Assembly: GCA_029953675.1 (NCBI GenBank)
Contig: JAMWBK010000013.1
Location: 992,001 to 1,056,000 of the forward strand
Direction of reading: 5' to 3'
DNA: 64,000 nt
Source: Rhodosorus marinus CCMP1338
Lineage: Eukaryota > Plantae > Rhodophyta
The stretch's first letter is position 1; every line of letters begins with the position of its first letter. Positions 1 to 12,488 of the stretch are shown here, piece by piece. A program made the translations under genes and the position numbers. The notes under the pieces are model-generated. The model saw only the letters and a list, made by a program, of their open reading frames with translations, had not been told where the DNA came from and ran no database searches.

Positions 1-372
1 ATCAGCAGAATACTGGTCATGAATACCGGGGAGTGTTGAGGGTCCCAGGAAAGGAACCTGGCTCTTCTCAAAGCCCTCAAGATCAAGCAGAACTGAGCGA
101 ACAGTTTAATCGGTTCCTAATTGTCAAAATGACCTTGACTAGTGTCTCCTCCGATAGGGAAATCGGCCTTAATAGACTAAAGACTGCTCATAATCGGTTC
201 CGCAGCTGCCGATAAACCTCCTGAGCAGATCGGTGGCGACTTTCGAAAGCCAGAAGTTCCTCGGCTTAGTTCCGGGGACTTTTGATTTCCGGAAGTACAG
301 CTAGCACACGTCTGGGTGGAGAGGTTGACCGCGGAATGTCTTCTAGAGAACTAAGAGTGAGTGTCTAGTCTG

Positions 373-1176
373 ATGGAAGTCCATCTCTCTTCTTCCAGCT
401 TGGCATTCGTGACGTGGTCGTCTTCTTCAACAAGCAGGAGACGTGTCCGGCAGGATGCATGCAATGTGAGTAGACGTCGAATTTTGGGATGCGTCTTATC
501 GGCCGGGCTTGGGCTCCGAATCGATACAGTAAAGAACAGACCGTTGCTTGCTGCTGAGTACGATCGCTATGCAGCGGAGTATGATGCTCTGGAGGAATCT
601 GTATTTGCGGATGGATTTGGTCTGAAGGATCTTCGTGAGTTTGTGACGAAGCGGGCGGACGGAGAGGTCTTGGAGCTCGCGGTGGGGACAGGCCTGAATA
701 TCGGTTACTATGATGCCAGTCGAGTAGAGAGTTTCATGGGGGTGGATATCAGCGAAGAGATGCTTAAGATCGCCAGCGCCAGGGGCTCTTCGCTTGGTAC
801 CAAGGCCAGCTTTCAGATCGAGGACGCCTCTAGACTATCGTTCAAAAGCAGCTCGTTCGACACGATCGTCGATACCTACAGCTTCTGCACTTTCTATGAC
901 CCGCAGGCCGTCATCACAGAGCTGAGACGTGTCTGCAAACCCACCGGAAAGTTGGTACTCGTCGAGCACGTCAGGAGCGATAACCGCATCCTCGGAGTGT
1001 ATCAAAACGTCACGAATGCAGCTGTTAAAACGATGTCAAAAGGCTGTGCCTGGAACCAGAACATCCCACAACTTCTCGAAAACGAGGGATTCCAGATTTC
1101 CTTTCAGAAACGCTTCCTTGCGGGTACAGTGATCGCTGTCGTCGCTAGGCCCCGGCTAGATACACAATCTACCTAA
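373..1176 (+). CDS. Class I SAM-dependent methyltransferase (Methyltransf_11/METTL7-PmtA-like) with probable plastid-targeting N-terminus
   Basis: Single ORF (first ATG at 373). Motif I VLELAVGTG, MGVDIS, FDTIVDTYSFC and LVLVEHVRS..GCAWN; Ser-rich N-terminus. Confidence 0.85.
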   Translation: MEVHLSSSSLAFVTWSSSSTSRRRVRQDACNVSRRRILGCVLSAGLGLRIDTVKNRPLLAAEYDRYAAEYDALEESVFADGFGLKDLREFVTKRADGEVLELAVGTGLNIGYYDASRVESFMGVDISEEMLKIASARGSSLGTKASFQIEDASRLSFKSSSFDTIVDTYSFCTFYDPQAVITELRRVCKPTGKLVLVEHVRSDNRILGVYQNVTNAAVKTMSKGCAWNQNIPQLLENEGFQISFQKRFLAGTVIAVVARPRLDTQST

Positions 1177-1890
1177 AGAGAAACATGACAAAACCCAAGA
1201 ACGGTTCGGACCTCATGATGGCCTTCCACCGCCAATCCAGTTCTGCAGAACAGCTCACGGCTGTCAGGACGGTGTGGACACTTCACCAACCTCGCAGCAG
1301 TGATGCTCGGCTCATGATCTTGAGAGCAAAGACGCCTAGTAGGAGCTATCGAACGGAACCATCCCCTTTATCAAGTGAGACTTTACTCAGATGGGCTGCA
1401 TGCTTCATATCGAAGCGATGACTGTGGTCTGCCTTGGGGCTTCCCTTGGTCTTCTCCCCCCGGGGGGATCTGAGCTCCAGCATGTCATCACCAGACCTTC
1501 AAGTGACAGTGGGGGCATTTGGGGATCGCCCTTGTTGGTCTTTAAATCTTGTTGCGAACCGGCAAAGTGGGAAGCTGCCCTTGGATGTTACCACGGAAGA
1601 GCGTTCAGGAGGGCTCCTTGGTCAAGAAACGTGGAATAGCGGCCGTAGGCGGGACCGAAAGAGGTTGTGAACGGTCCGATGGAAACAAAAAGAGTTGTGG
1701 ACGATCGGCCAAGTCGAAAAACGAGCCCGTGAACGGTTGAGCCGGTCAAGAAAGGGGCAGCAGTAGTGGTTGCTAGTTGTATTTCCCACATTATTACCTC
1801 TTGAGTGTGCTTCCACAAGTAGTAACAAACTGCGCTTGTGAATTTTGCTGGTATGGCTCTACTTTTTTCCCACTCAACGTTGTCTTATTG

Positions 1891-2268
1891 TTGTTTGTTC
1901 CAACCATTATGAGTGATTCGGTTTGAGTCGATAGCGTTGCTTGTCCCCGGATTCGGAGTGCGGATTGCTGGAAATTCAAGGCTGGTTGTTTGTTCCAACC
2001 ATTACGAGTGATTCGATTTGAGTCGATAGCGTTGCTTGTCCCCGGATTTGGAGTACGGATTGCTGGAAATTCAAGGCTAACGAGTCTCGTTTTTATCTAC
2101 CATCCAAGTGCGGATTGTTGGAAATTCAAGGCCTACGAGTCTCGTTTTTATCCACAATCCACGTGCAGATTGTTGGAAGTTCAAGGCCTACAATTCTCGT
2201 TTTTATCTACCGTACGCCCATCTAATGGTAGGTAAAAACGAGACTCACAAGCCTTGAATTTCCAGCAG
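1891..2268. repeat. Degenerate tandem repeats (two ~98-bp units, then ~50-bp units) ending in an inverted copy
   Basis: The core GGATTGYTGGAARTTCAAGGC recurs four times. 2227-2268 (ggtaggtaaaaacgagactcacaagccttgaatttccagca) is the reverse complement of the ~50-bp unit. Confidence 0.8.
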
Positions 2269-2299
2269 GTTATGAGCCCAGCTCACCGTCTCGGAGCTG

Positions 2300-4311
2300 C
2301 GTGAACTAAGAACATGAGGATGAACTGGATTGTACAGAAGGTTAATGGTTTGAGGAAATCCTTGGCAAAGGAGGACCTCGTCTAGCTGCTTGTACCGAAT
2401 CGAGGAACCGGATGTGGAGGTTTCGGGGGAGACTAATTGAGCATGATAATGACAGCTAACCGGACGCAGAGAACCTACGAACTCACTCGAAGCAAGACTG
2501 CAAAGACGCATGGAGGAAGAAGACAAAGACTGTGCTAGGCAGAGAACATGAACCAAAGACATAGTACTTGGACAAGAATGTGAGAGGTTTGTTACCGTCT
2601 CAATGACGATGACTTGCACAACGGAAGTTCGTGTAGTCGGATTGTTTGCTACGAGTCGGAAAACTCCAGCGCAAGACCCCGAATTCGAAAACTCCAAGAC
2701 ATGACAGAGGCCAGATATGACCGGAAGAGCAAGTGCCTGTGTATGGACTTGTAGAATCACGCTCATATGAATGTAAAAAGTTTGCCATCTGAAGTTATGA
2801 GCTGGTCTGGCTAACTGGGCGCAAGAAAAAGGGCGAGCCCGGAAGGAAGTTCATGAAAATGATCCATAAGTATATTTCCTGTAAAGGAAATGAGAATGTC
2901 GATGTCTTGATGCCAGCACAAGTCGAAGTCGGAATCGGAATTCCAGAAACTTTCGCAGAGTGAAAATTTTATGGAGACATGAAAGTCTTTGATGCCAAAC
3001 CAGCAGTACAGGGATTGTCTCAAAGTTGATTGTTGGGGCGAACACGGCATCGTATGACTCCTCATCTCGTGTATACCCAACCGAGCCTTGTATATTTCGT
3101 CAAAAAAAAATAAAAATTGATGAGCATAATACCTGGGAGGAGCTGGCAAAGAGACCGCCGAACGCAAAAGTGTTGAAGACAAAGTTCGTTTTCAAAATCA
3201 AAAAGGATGCGGCGGGGAGAATAGAGGGGTACAAAACGCGATTGGCTGTGCAAGGGTTCGCACAAGATGAGGAGTTATACGATGCCGTGTTCGCCACAAC
3301 GACCAAGTTCGAGACAATCCGGGTACTGCTGGTTTTGGCGTCAAGTTATGACTGGGAAGTACTACAATGTGATGTTAAAACGGCATACCTCTACGGCCAG
3401 TTGCGCGATGATGTATACGTGGAGCCGCCACACGGATATGAGGGTGCACAGGGATTTGTGAGTAAATTGCGGAAGGGATTATACGGATTGAAGCAGTCTG
3501 CTAGGACCTGGCACGACCAGCTTACAAAAGACCTGCAGAATAAGGGTTTCCAGCAACTGAAGAAGCGCCCTTGTGTGTACGTGAGAACGGGGGTGGTGTT
3601 GTTGGTTATGTCGAGGATATTCTCATCATGGGAATGGAAAAGTCTACCCGAGAGGCAAAGATGATTTTTGTGGAGCTGTACGAGATCAAGGATCTGGGTG
3701 AGGCCCGTTACTATTTGGCAATAGAGATCGTAAGGGATCGGAAGCTCAAGACAATTATCCTCAGCCACGGAAAGTACATCAACATGCACTTAAGAGGTTT
3801 GAAATGGAAAATTCCAAACCAATGAAAGCTCTGGCGATTGGGAAGTCGAATTGTACGACTACACAGCCGTCGGCTACGCCCGAGGACGTACCATACAGAG
3901 AGCTCGTCGGATGCCTGATGTTCGTCGCGACCAGAACGGGTCCTGATAGATATCATGTATGCCGTACGAGGATTGTCTGCGCACTTACATGATTACACCG
4001 GCGAGGATTGGAGGAGCGCGAAGCGAGTTTTGAGGTATTTGCAAGGAACGGACCACATGACCTTGAGCTTAGGAAACAAGCCACACAAAACGGAGGTAGC
4101 CGTTTACGCCGATGCATCGTGGGCAGAATCTGAGGATCGGAAGTCTGGTACAGGAGTTTGCATTTATTTGCACGGAGCTTTGGTCATCTACTACAGTCGA
4201 CGTCAACGTCCCATAGCAACGTCGTCGTCGGAAGCCGAATATGTTGCGACAGCGGAAGGCGTGAAATCTTTGAGATGGCTCCAGCAACTCCTGGTTGAGG
4301 TGGTGTTGTAG
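2300..4311 (+). mobile_element. Degenerate Ty1/copia retrotransposon pol fragment (RT + RNase H), frameshifted
   Basis: ORFs 3026-3664 (KTKFVFKIK, YKTRLAVQGFAQ, QCDVKTAYLYG, LYGLKQSARTW), 3571-3825 (YVED), 3804-3992 (YRELVGCLMF) and 3955-4311 (YADASWA, SSSEAEY). The 5' boundary is approximate. Confidence 0.9.
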
Positions 4312-4319
4312 TTCCAAAG

Positions 4320-7110
4320 GCAACTCTCTTTGCCTGTATCCAGTCTTTATGGGTTGGACAAGTTAGCTGGTTGATAACTTACTTACAGCATACAAGATCT
4401 CCGGTCTTGTTCGTTGGGCCAGGAACATCAGGCTTCCCACTACTTCTCGACATGGTGTTTCCTCTCCAACAGCTTTTCGGAGGCTCCGCTCGCGCAAGTT
4501 ACCTTTTCCTCTTTGATAATTGGAGTGTCAACAGGTTTGCATTTCTCCATGTTGAAGCGTTTCAACACCTTCTCCACGCAGTGTTGTTGGTGTAGGAGAA
4601 ATCGTCTCCCTTGCTGATCCCGGCAGATTTGGATGCCTAAACATTTAGCAGGTCCTAGATCTTTCACTGCGATTTTTTTCCGCAAGTCCCTCTTTGCCGT
4701 CAACACCTCGGGCTCCCCTCCTGCGTTCAGTATATCGTCGACATAAATCAAAACGATAATCCCCTTCTGGTAAAAGTGCATCGATCCCCTTGCATTCGCT
4801 CAAAACCAAGACGCTCCAGATCAGCTGTCAATATCTGATTCCATGCTTTTGCTCTTTTTTTAGACCATATAGGCCTTTGCTCAATTCGCATATGCGGTTT
4901 TATATGCGGTTTTGTGCCGTCTGCGTAACTTTCCGGCTGTTCCATCCATGCATCTTCGTTGAGTATGCCGTTGCCGTTCAGGTAAGCCGTCCTCACATCC
5001 ATTTGATGTAGGACCCATCCGTTGCATAAGGCCCTTGCAATTACCAGTCGGACTGTGCTGAATCCGACCCTTGCAGCGAATATATGATCGTAATCTCCAA
5101 CTTCATCTCGTAGCCTTTCACTACCAGACGCGCCTAAACTCCGCCATCTGGAGTTTTTTTGACTCTGAAAACAAATCGGTTCTTTAAAACTTTCTCCCTG
5201 GGAGGCCTTTCCACCAACTGCCATGTATCGTGTGACGTGAGTGATTTAATCTAATCATCCATAGCTTCTCTCCATTCTGGTGAAAAACAACTATTCATGG
5301 CTTCCTCTGCATTCATGGGTTCTTCAGGCTCCGCCGTAATTCCAGCAAACGGCTGGTTACGGGTGGTTGCTCCAGGCCCGACTGATAACGCCTGGACTTC
5401 ATCGGATTTAGTTCTTGATTCGTAACTGGGGCGTCTCCGGCCGACCCTGCTGAGCCTAGTTCTTCCCCGAGCTCGTCGTCCTCTTGTTCTTCCTCGTGGT
5501 GGGTCAAGTGTTCCACCACGGCATCAGTGATCGGGCTCTATTGAAGACCTTTGTAAGGAACAGTTCAGGGTTGATCTTCGCATCCATTACCATATGACTT
5601 TTCGGGTTTCATCCTCAATATCGTAATTGCCATTCGCATGGCAGCCCAACAATACTCCAATTCTGACTGGGTATATCCAATTTCGTCTTCCATTCTTTTC
5701 GTCGCCAAAACGTTGCAAGACTGCAAGACAACTGAACGGGAAGATGTTCTTCATTTTGTCTGCTCTTCCGTAAATCTGTTCGTTCGCGCTACCACCTTGT
5801 CGAGTTCTTTCGGCAGCTGCTCAGTAAAGTTTACTATTACATATCCGCTTGATCAATTGTAAGGGTAGATGCCATTTATCATGGGAACACCCGGATTGGT
5901 ATAACATAGTTCTCAACGCCTCCAATAGGGTTCGATTCATCCGCTCCGCTATACCGTTCGTCTCTGGTGAATAAGGGGTTCTGTCCCACTCGATTCCGTT
6001 TCGCTTAAAATGCCGTAGTGAGGCTTCGTACTGTCCACCAGCATCCGAGTGCAGTCTAAGAACTTTTCGGTTTGTTTGCCGTTCAATCCAGGCTTGCAAT
6101 TCAATAAAACACTCTGCCACCTCATTCTTTTGTTTTAGCGGATATATCTTCATGTGTCTTCACTTCTCATCAATGAAAGTGACCAAATAAAGGGCTTTCG
6201 TAGTGCTCCTCACAGGCATGGGGCCGCAAACGTCTGAACGTATAACGTCAGCTTCCCTCGTTGCTTGCGCTAGTTCTCCTCTTCAGGGTACTCGCTTCGT
6301 TTTTGTTCTTATGTACATTTCACACTGTGCATAAGAACACATTGTGAAATGTGCATAAGCTTTACGGAGTCCTTGGTGTAAAGTGACCCTCGTCATGGTG
6401 TCTCGACGTCATTGCTCGCGCTTGTATGGGTGCGTCTTCGTACTGCAATAAGTATGTTTTATTGCATCTGACTGCTCCTCCTATTCTCGTCCCTTCGCAT
6501 CGACTAATTTACATCCGTTCCTTCTCGTTGTGAACGTAATATGTCGATCCGTGAAGGCAGGTACGGAGAGATAGTTGCTCTTTTTCTCCGGCGCATAGAG
6601 TACGTTCGTCAGGATGAGATCACGATGCTCCGTGTTTGTGTGGGCATCTCCAGCCGTCGTGCAAGTGATCTTGCTGCCGTCCGCAGTCGTTCGCTGGCCT
6701 GTGCATGTCGGATCCAGTCAGACTGGCATGCGCTTTATGCGCCATATCCTAACGATGGTAACGCCGCAGCGTACCTCGTGGTCTTCCGTGAGTCCATCCC
6801 GTCTGGTACCTCCCAGATGGAATTTGTAAACATCAGACCTCATCAGCAGTTGCCGATCCAGATCTTCCGTTCACGAACGGAAGAAAAAAAAAATTGATAT
6901 AATGGTTCTTCTACCTCGAGGCATGTAGATCCCACCTTATCATACTTCGTTTCTGATAAGGGTTATGGAGCTCGCACCGAACTGTCCTCTATGTCCTCCC
7001 GGCGCCGATCGTTGAGCACCTTGAACATGGCATCTCCACCCCCGCCCTGGATATGTAACCTTAGAAACGTATCCTTCCAGATCTTCAGACTCTTTGTAGG
7101 CGGTCCTATT
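4320..7110 (-). mobile_element. Degenerate Ty1/copia retrotransposon (gag/protease/integrase/RT remnants)
   Basis: IYVDDIL (4440-4781), HQMDVRTAYLNG (4748-5224), integrase RLHSDAGGQY...ETNGIAERMNRTL (5821-6153), protease-like LTNVLYAPEKKSNYLSV at ~6560-6620. No LTR seen; boundaries approximate. Confidence 0.85.
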
Positions 7111-7242
7111 TAATCGATCCTGTGGTGGTCAAGCAGAGGCAACTGGAAGGTCGAGGACTTTTGTGCAGGATTCGATGATAGACGGAAGGAGCAGAGGGAG
7201 AGGACCAATGTGCTTTCTCCGGAAAACAAAGAGTTGTGAAGC

Positions 7243-8722
7243 ATGGAGTGGCTAAGTAGGGAAAGCCTGGCTCGTGTAGCTCTGCACCTGGAGAGCAGAG
7301 ATAGACTCAGCCTGGCTCTATGCTCGCGGAAACTGTATGAGTGTCTAGATACCTCACTCGACTTTCATAGGACCTGTGATCAGATTTCCTCGACCTTGAA
7401 AATCGGGCATCCTGATGTGCATGGTGGTGATGTTGAAAACTGGATTGTTAGTTGCGCAATCTCCGATGACGGAGGTACGCTGTCGGTGGTTTCGATATCC
7501 TCTTACCCTGAGAACGGGACGCGCTGGCTCGTGGAGATCATGAAAATCCCACAGGGGAAAAAGCACCGATTGGAGTTCAGCACGAGGGGCTGGTTGGTGG
7601 GATCGGGGTTGCTATTGAACAGACTCTCCAACAACGGACAAGTCCTGGTCATCGGCGGAGTATTCAGCCAAGTAGGAGACAACTTTCAAGGAGCAAGCCT
7701 GATATACTTCCTGGAATTTGGCAACGATTCAGTCAAGCTGGTCCGTGGCAATATTTACATGGCGTGGACCGATGCCCTGCAATGTCGTATCTCCCCTTCA
7801 GCCCAATTCGTGGCCGTCATGGGAGGTTATGAGGACCACTACGGTATCCACATGTTCACAGCAGATGGAAGCAGATTGTGCGGGTGGCTTGTGCGCTACT
7901 CTTTGCTGGAACCCAGTGGTTTCGCATTCAAGGCAGGAGATGAATTGGTATATCTCGGAGAGCTGGATGACTCAAACGACGAATCCGTCGAGGCTTGGAT
8001 GGAACAGGAGCAGCCAAAACTATGGATTTCTGCTCCTCCTTTCGGTCCGAGCTCAGTGATAAAGTTGCTACCACCGCTACCACCAAATCGAGGCCCTCCT
8101 ATGCGTTTCATGAGACTTGACGATTCTAGTAGAATCATCTCCTCTGGCAGGCATTTCGGGCTTCTTGAAGTTTTTGATATACGAAATACTGAAGCAGGAT
8201 GTGCTTACGACCGCCGCTTTCATTGCAGATACCCAGATGTTATTGTATCTGCCGAGGCTTTGGCTTGTTTCCCCTTTTTGGGTGAGGTAAGGTCATCGAG
8301 AAATCAACCTATACCCGATTCAGCATACGGAGAGAGGGGTAGTTTTGACTGTCATTTTCATTTCCCGTTCTACGAAATAGGGCGAGAAGCAGGATATCTG
8401 TCTCTACTCGATCAGGTTGGAAAACGGAATTCAGTATTGGACTTCTGAAGACGCATTGGAAGAGGACGGGGAAAATTCACCCGGGCCGTGGATTGGAGCT
8501 AACGGATTCCTCGCAAAGCTCCCGGGAGTCCGACATGGGAGCGATTATCTTGCTTTTGATGATGGCTCTGCGTGGTATTGCGGAACGTTCGACGGCGGTG
8601 GTATCTACGTTGGAAAGTTTCTGCCGTCCCCGAATCCTGGGACTACGATAAAATACACAGAGTTCGAGAGGGCCGTGGTGTTCGGCGATGGGCACAATGA
8701 TGACATTATTTGTGAGCGATGA
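7243..8722 (+). CDS. F-box protein with a beta-propeller-like C-terminal region; probably 2 exons (7243-8286, 8381-8722)
   Basis: N-terminal LSRESLARVALHLESRDRLSLALCSRKLYEC fits the F-box pattern, followed by beta-strand-rich repeats. A GTAAGG...TAG intron at 8287-8380 joins the ORF in frame to the 8417-8722 ORF. Confidence 0.65.
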
Positions 8723-10211
8723 CGTTGATCCGGCTGTTGAAAGTGGGTTGAGGAGATGATACACGCGGACTGTTAGCACATGAATATCAAAAACTCTGGC
8801 AAGCTTCGCATGGGAAGTGGATCTGATAATCGGGTTTGAGGTTGTTCGCCAGAGGCAGGAGGAATCAAGGTTCTACTTCACCGCAGCCAAATCATCGCTC
8901 TGACCAGACAGAAAAAGTGTGATGCTCATCGGATCAGAAAGGGTGGCCCCGCCATGCTCTCGCCAGCACTGCGAGTTTCCGGTTTCCCGAGGCGAATCAG
9001 GAGTTGAGAATCTCTCAACTCCTGACTCCCTCCAGCGGTACTACAGGCCCTCCTCTGCGACAAAATCAGGGAGGATCACAGGCTTTTCTTTGCCACTGAA
9101 TACCGAGCAGGTGAAACCTCTAGAGTTCTAACTCGATGGCTCTAGACTAGGAGCGATAAATCATCATCAGGGACCCGGATTCCAAGCGAGCATCGAAACG
9201 CACTATTTAACAGCTGAATTGTTTTTCAAAATATATAGTTTTTAGTAGGAATTCAGCTCTACTAGTCGGCAATATCCTGACTAAAAATTATTGCGTTTTA
9301 ATATTTTCCATTTTACACATGACATATTCGTATTGGTTGAGAATACACAAAAATATCGATTAAAGATAAATATGTAAATCTTATAATGCTAGATAAAAAT
9401 AGCCTGAGTAGAGGGTATATGCTTTTTTAAGGTATTATGATTGGATCTCAGGAGATACATCTCAAAAATAAGAACAATTTATAATTGATGAATCTACTAA
9501 AGCGATGAATGTACTTGAATAGAGGAAATAAAATGGAGCTTGGGTAGATTGCTGCCGACGAGGTACAGGACTTTTGAAGATTTTGAAGTTTGTTTTGTGA
9601 GGTGATGGATTTCCGATTCGCAATGAACAGTTTTGCATGCCTCGAAACCGTGACGGACTCTTCTTATCGACTGCTTTGGCTGGTCGTGGAGGCTAGTAGA
9701 GGATTGCTCTGGACTAACTATTCTCCGCTAGCGTCCTGCGAGACTCCCCAATCTGTGTCTGCAGCAGCATCTCGTCTTGCCCACACGCATTTTGTGTGAG
9801 ATGGGAGAACTCTCGGCTCTTCGACTAGATCGATATGGGCACATGGAGCTCACGCGGTCCTTGCACGTGTCCGTGATACCCTCCATGAAGTACCCATGTG
9901 TATCTTTTGGCGGATAATCGAGTCTTGAAATCCAAACCTTGGCTTTTACATCGCAACAGGTTCATGTTCTGGTGCCGCAGCGGCCAGCTTCGTCGAGCTC
10001 TTCCGGGTGGAGGAACAGTGATCCTCTCTTGAGAAACAACGCCGTCCGACAAGCACGAGATTACGTAGCATTACCCGAGGAGAATTCAACTGACAGCTAC
10101 CTAAGCTTCTCATCACGGTTCATGAAGCTCCAATAGCTGCCGAAGACGGCTACAGCCGTGTCAGATATATCTCGTATAGACGAGCAACGGAGAAGGTGCG
10201 CTTGGAGCGAC

Positions 10212-11335
10212 CTAATCGGCACCGACAGTGAACTCGAGGCCTCGTGATTTCTGGATTGCCTGGACAAATCCGGAGCCGATCACAGCAGTTGGTACAGCGA
10301 AGATTGCCACTGCTATGACCGCGATGATGCCTGCGATGTACTTTCCAGCCGTGGTAAACTCCGCATACGGGTACTCTCCAGTGAGCATAACCAGCGTGGG
10401 GAACATGGCGTTGGGAATGCTGGAGAAGGCCTCGGCGAGCTGCGGGTTCTCGCGCTCGGTAAAGTACAGCAGCGTTGAGCACACAAACCAAGTGATCGTT
10501 GAGTAGTACAGGGTTACAATAAGCAAGGATCCGTTTTCAGCGAGCACAGATCCTAAAGAGTGGACAGGGAGGAAGCGTCACATGCTGAGTCTCCCAAACG
10601 CGATTCAGGAGCGAATTAGAGAAATGCGCTGGCCATCTCACCGAGAAGAGAGAACGCGTTCAGATACTTTTCAGCCTTGAGCAGTCGGATAAGCCGGAAA
10701 ATCCTAAGCGAGGTTGTGAAATCGACATCAGGGATGATGTTCAGCAGAGTTAAGTACCACGGGAGGATTGAGATGAGATCGATCATGGGGTAGAAGCTTG
10801 TTGCGTAAGCGATTCGGCCCCAGAACGGGCCCTAGTTTTTTCCACAAGAGATCGTGGCTTAGTTTGACGTCAAGAAGAAAAAACACACCTTGGTTTGGTT
10901 GTTCGGACTTGGTGGAATCGCTACCTTTGATGCGATTTCTGGATCTTCAACACAACTCCAGATTCGAAGGCAGTATTCGAGCGTAAAGACCGCCACCGAG
11001 AATGCCTCGAACACCTCAAGAAAATGCTCATGTTTGTCGTTCCATGTCACACATTCACCCTTACATGGAGGACTTCCCTCGACAACCAAGGTCCCGAGCA
11101 TGAACGCGAAAACGTTAAATATAATCAACGCGAAAATCGAGTACTCGAACCACGAATCGAAATCGCCTTCCACAAGGTCGTGCACGTAAGCCCGCAGAGA
11201 ATCATAGTCATTCCTCGCACTGGCCATATCACGAAGACCTAAATATCCTCCCTTAGCGACGCTTCTCGTCCTCTCCACAGGAAGACCTGCCTCCGCCTGA
11301 TCCCCATCCCTAGCTATCAATGGCGTCGATTCCAT
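10212..11335 (-). CDS. Voltage-gated (Kv-like, 6TM) ion channel; exons 11335-10925, 10831-10642, 10552-10212
   Basis: S1-S3 helices, S4 LRIFRLIRLLKAEKY, S5, pore helix AFSSIPNAMFPTLVMLTGEYP and S6 IAVAIFAVPTAVIGSGF. GT-AG introns of 93 and 89 nt restore the frame. Confidence 0.85.
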
Positions 11336-12347
11336 TTTTTCACCAGCTGATCAAGCTAAAGCACCCAGCCCCTTTCAAAGAAATAAACCAAAAACACTAC
11401 GAGCGCAACACACACACTAAGAGTATCTTCTCCAGCGCAAACCTTCCCCTCCAAGCTTCAGCCCTTAACCACTCCTTCCCCCCAAACCATTCAATGCAGA
11501 CGCAACCCAACAGCCCTCAATACATACAACGTCATCATCATCAATCATCATCCCGGCATTGATCCAGATTCACAAATCCTCAAGGCAATCCGCGATCACC
11601 ACAAACAGGTAGTTGGAAGAGGGAGGGGAAACAAAACAGAGGGAAGACAATCTTCAAACACAAAGGCGGAATTACAACGCCACAGCTTCCAGTATTCAAC
11701 AGCTCGAAACACTCAAACAAGAAGATTGAATACCCGCCCTAGTGAGATGACAAAATTTCGGACGAGCACACAGTCATCGAAGAGGAGCCAAATCCACCCT
11801 CAAGCTGAATGAAAAACCAATCCAGATTTTAGAAAAATTCCATCTTCTCCCGATCCGGTAACTTTTTTTTCTCGACAAGCATTGGAGTACTGCCGATATC
11901 ACGTAATAAGAATTCTATATATATAAAGGAAGCATATTTGATTTCTAAATATTTGTTCAGATGATCATATAGTTTTAATTAGACGTGTATAAGTAAAAAA
12001 TGAGTACTTGTCTCACCAGTAAAAAATAACTTTAAATTTATGATATTTATTTAACTGAAAGACAAATAAACAAGATATTACATTCACATTAGTTGGGATT
12101 GGATGTTCTGTTCTGGAAAGAGAATATATTAATGACATATTTAAAGGAGATACACTATTTATATTTGAAAAACAATTTTCAGAGAGATTTAATTGGATGT
12201 GGTTTTGTTGTATAGATGTTTAAAGGAGTCCGTTTCAAGTAGGATCAATTTATTTATTGAAAAACAAACGTATGGTTTGCTTTTTGGTGGCTTGATTAGT
12301 TTTTGGGAGGGATTGGAACCTATCGTGGTAGCTGCTGCTTCCTGTCA

Positions 12348-12488
12348 TCACCCGGTTCGCTCCAAAAGATACATAACGAGATCGGTCTTCGTGTCCTCGA
12401 GGCATTTCATATACTCCTCCTCATTGTGCTCCTTGAGAGCCTTGCACCGGTCCTGCTCGAGTACTTTCCTCCTGGAATTCCGCCGCAT
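12348..12488 (-). pseudogene. 46-codon fragment resembling the HSA/post-HSA segment of SWI2/SNF2 (BRM/BRG1-like) remodelers
   Basis: Manual translation MRRNSRRKVLEQDRCKALKEHNEEEYMKCLEDTKTDLVMYLLERTG* resembles the remembered R..L...(D/N)EE.Y..L....K..R...LL..T motif. No helicase domain nearby. Confidence 0.45.
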
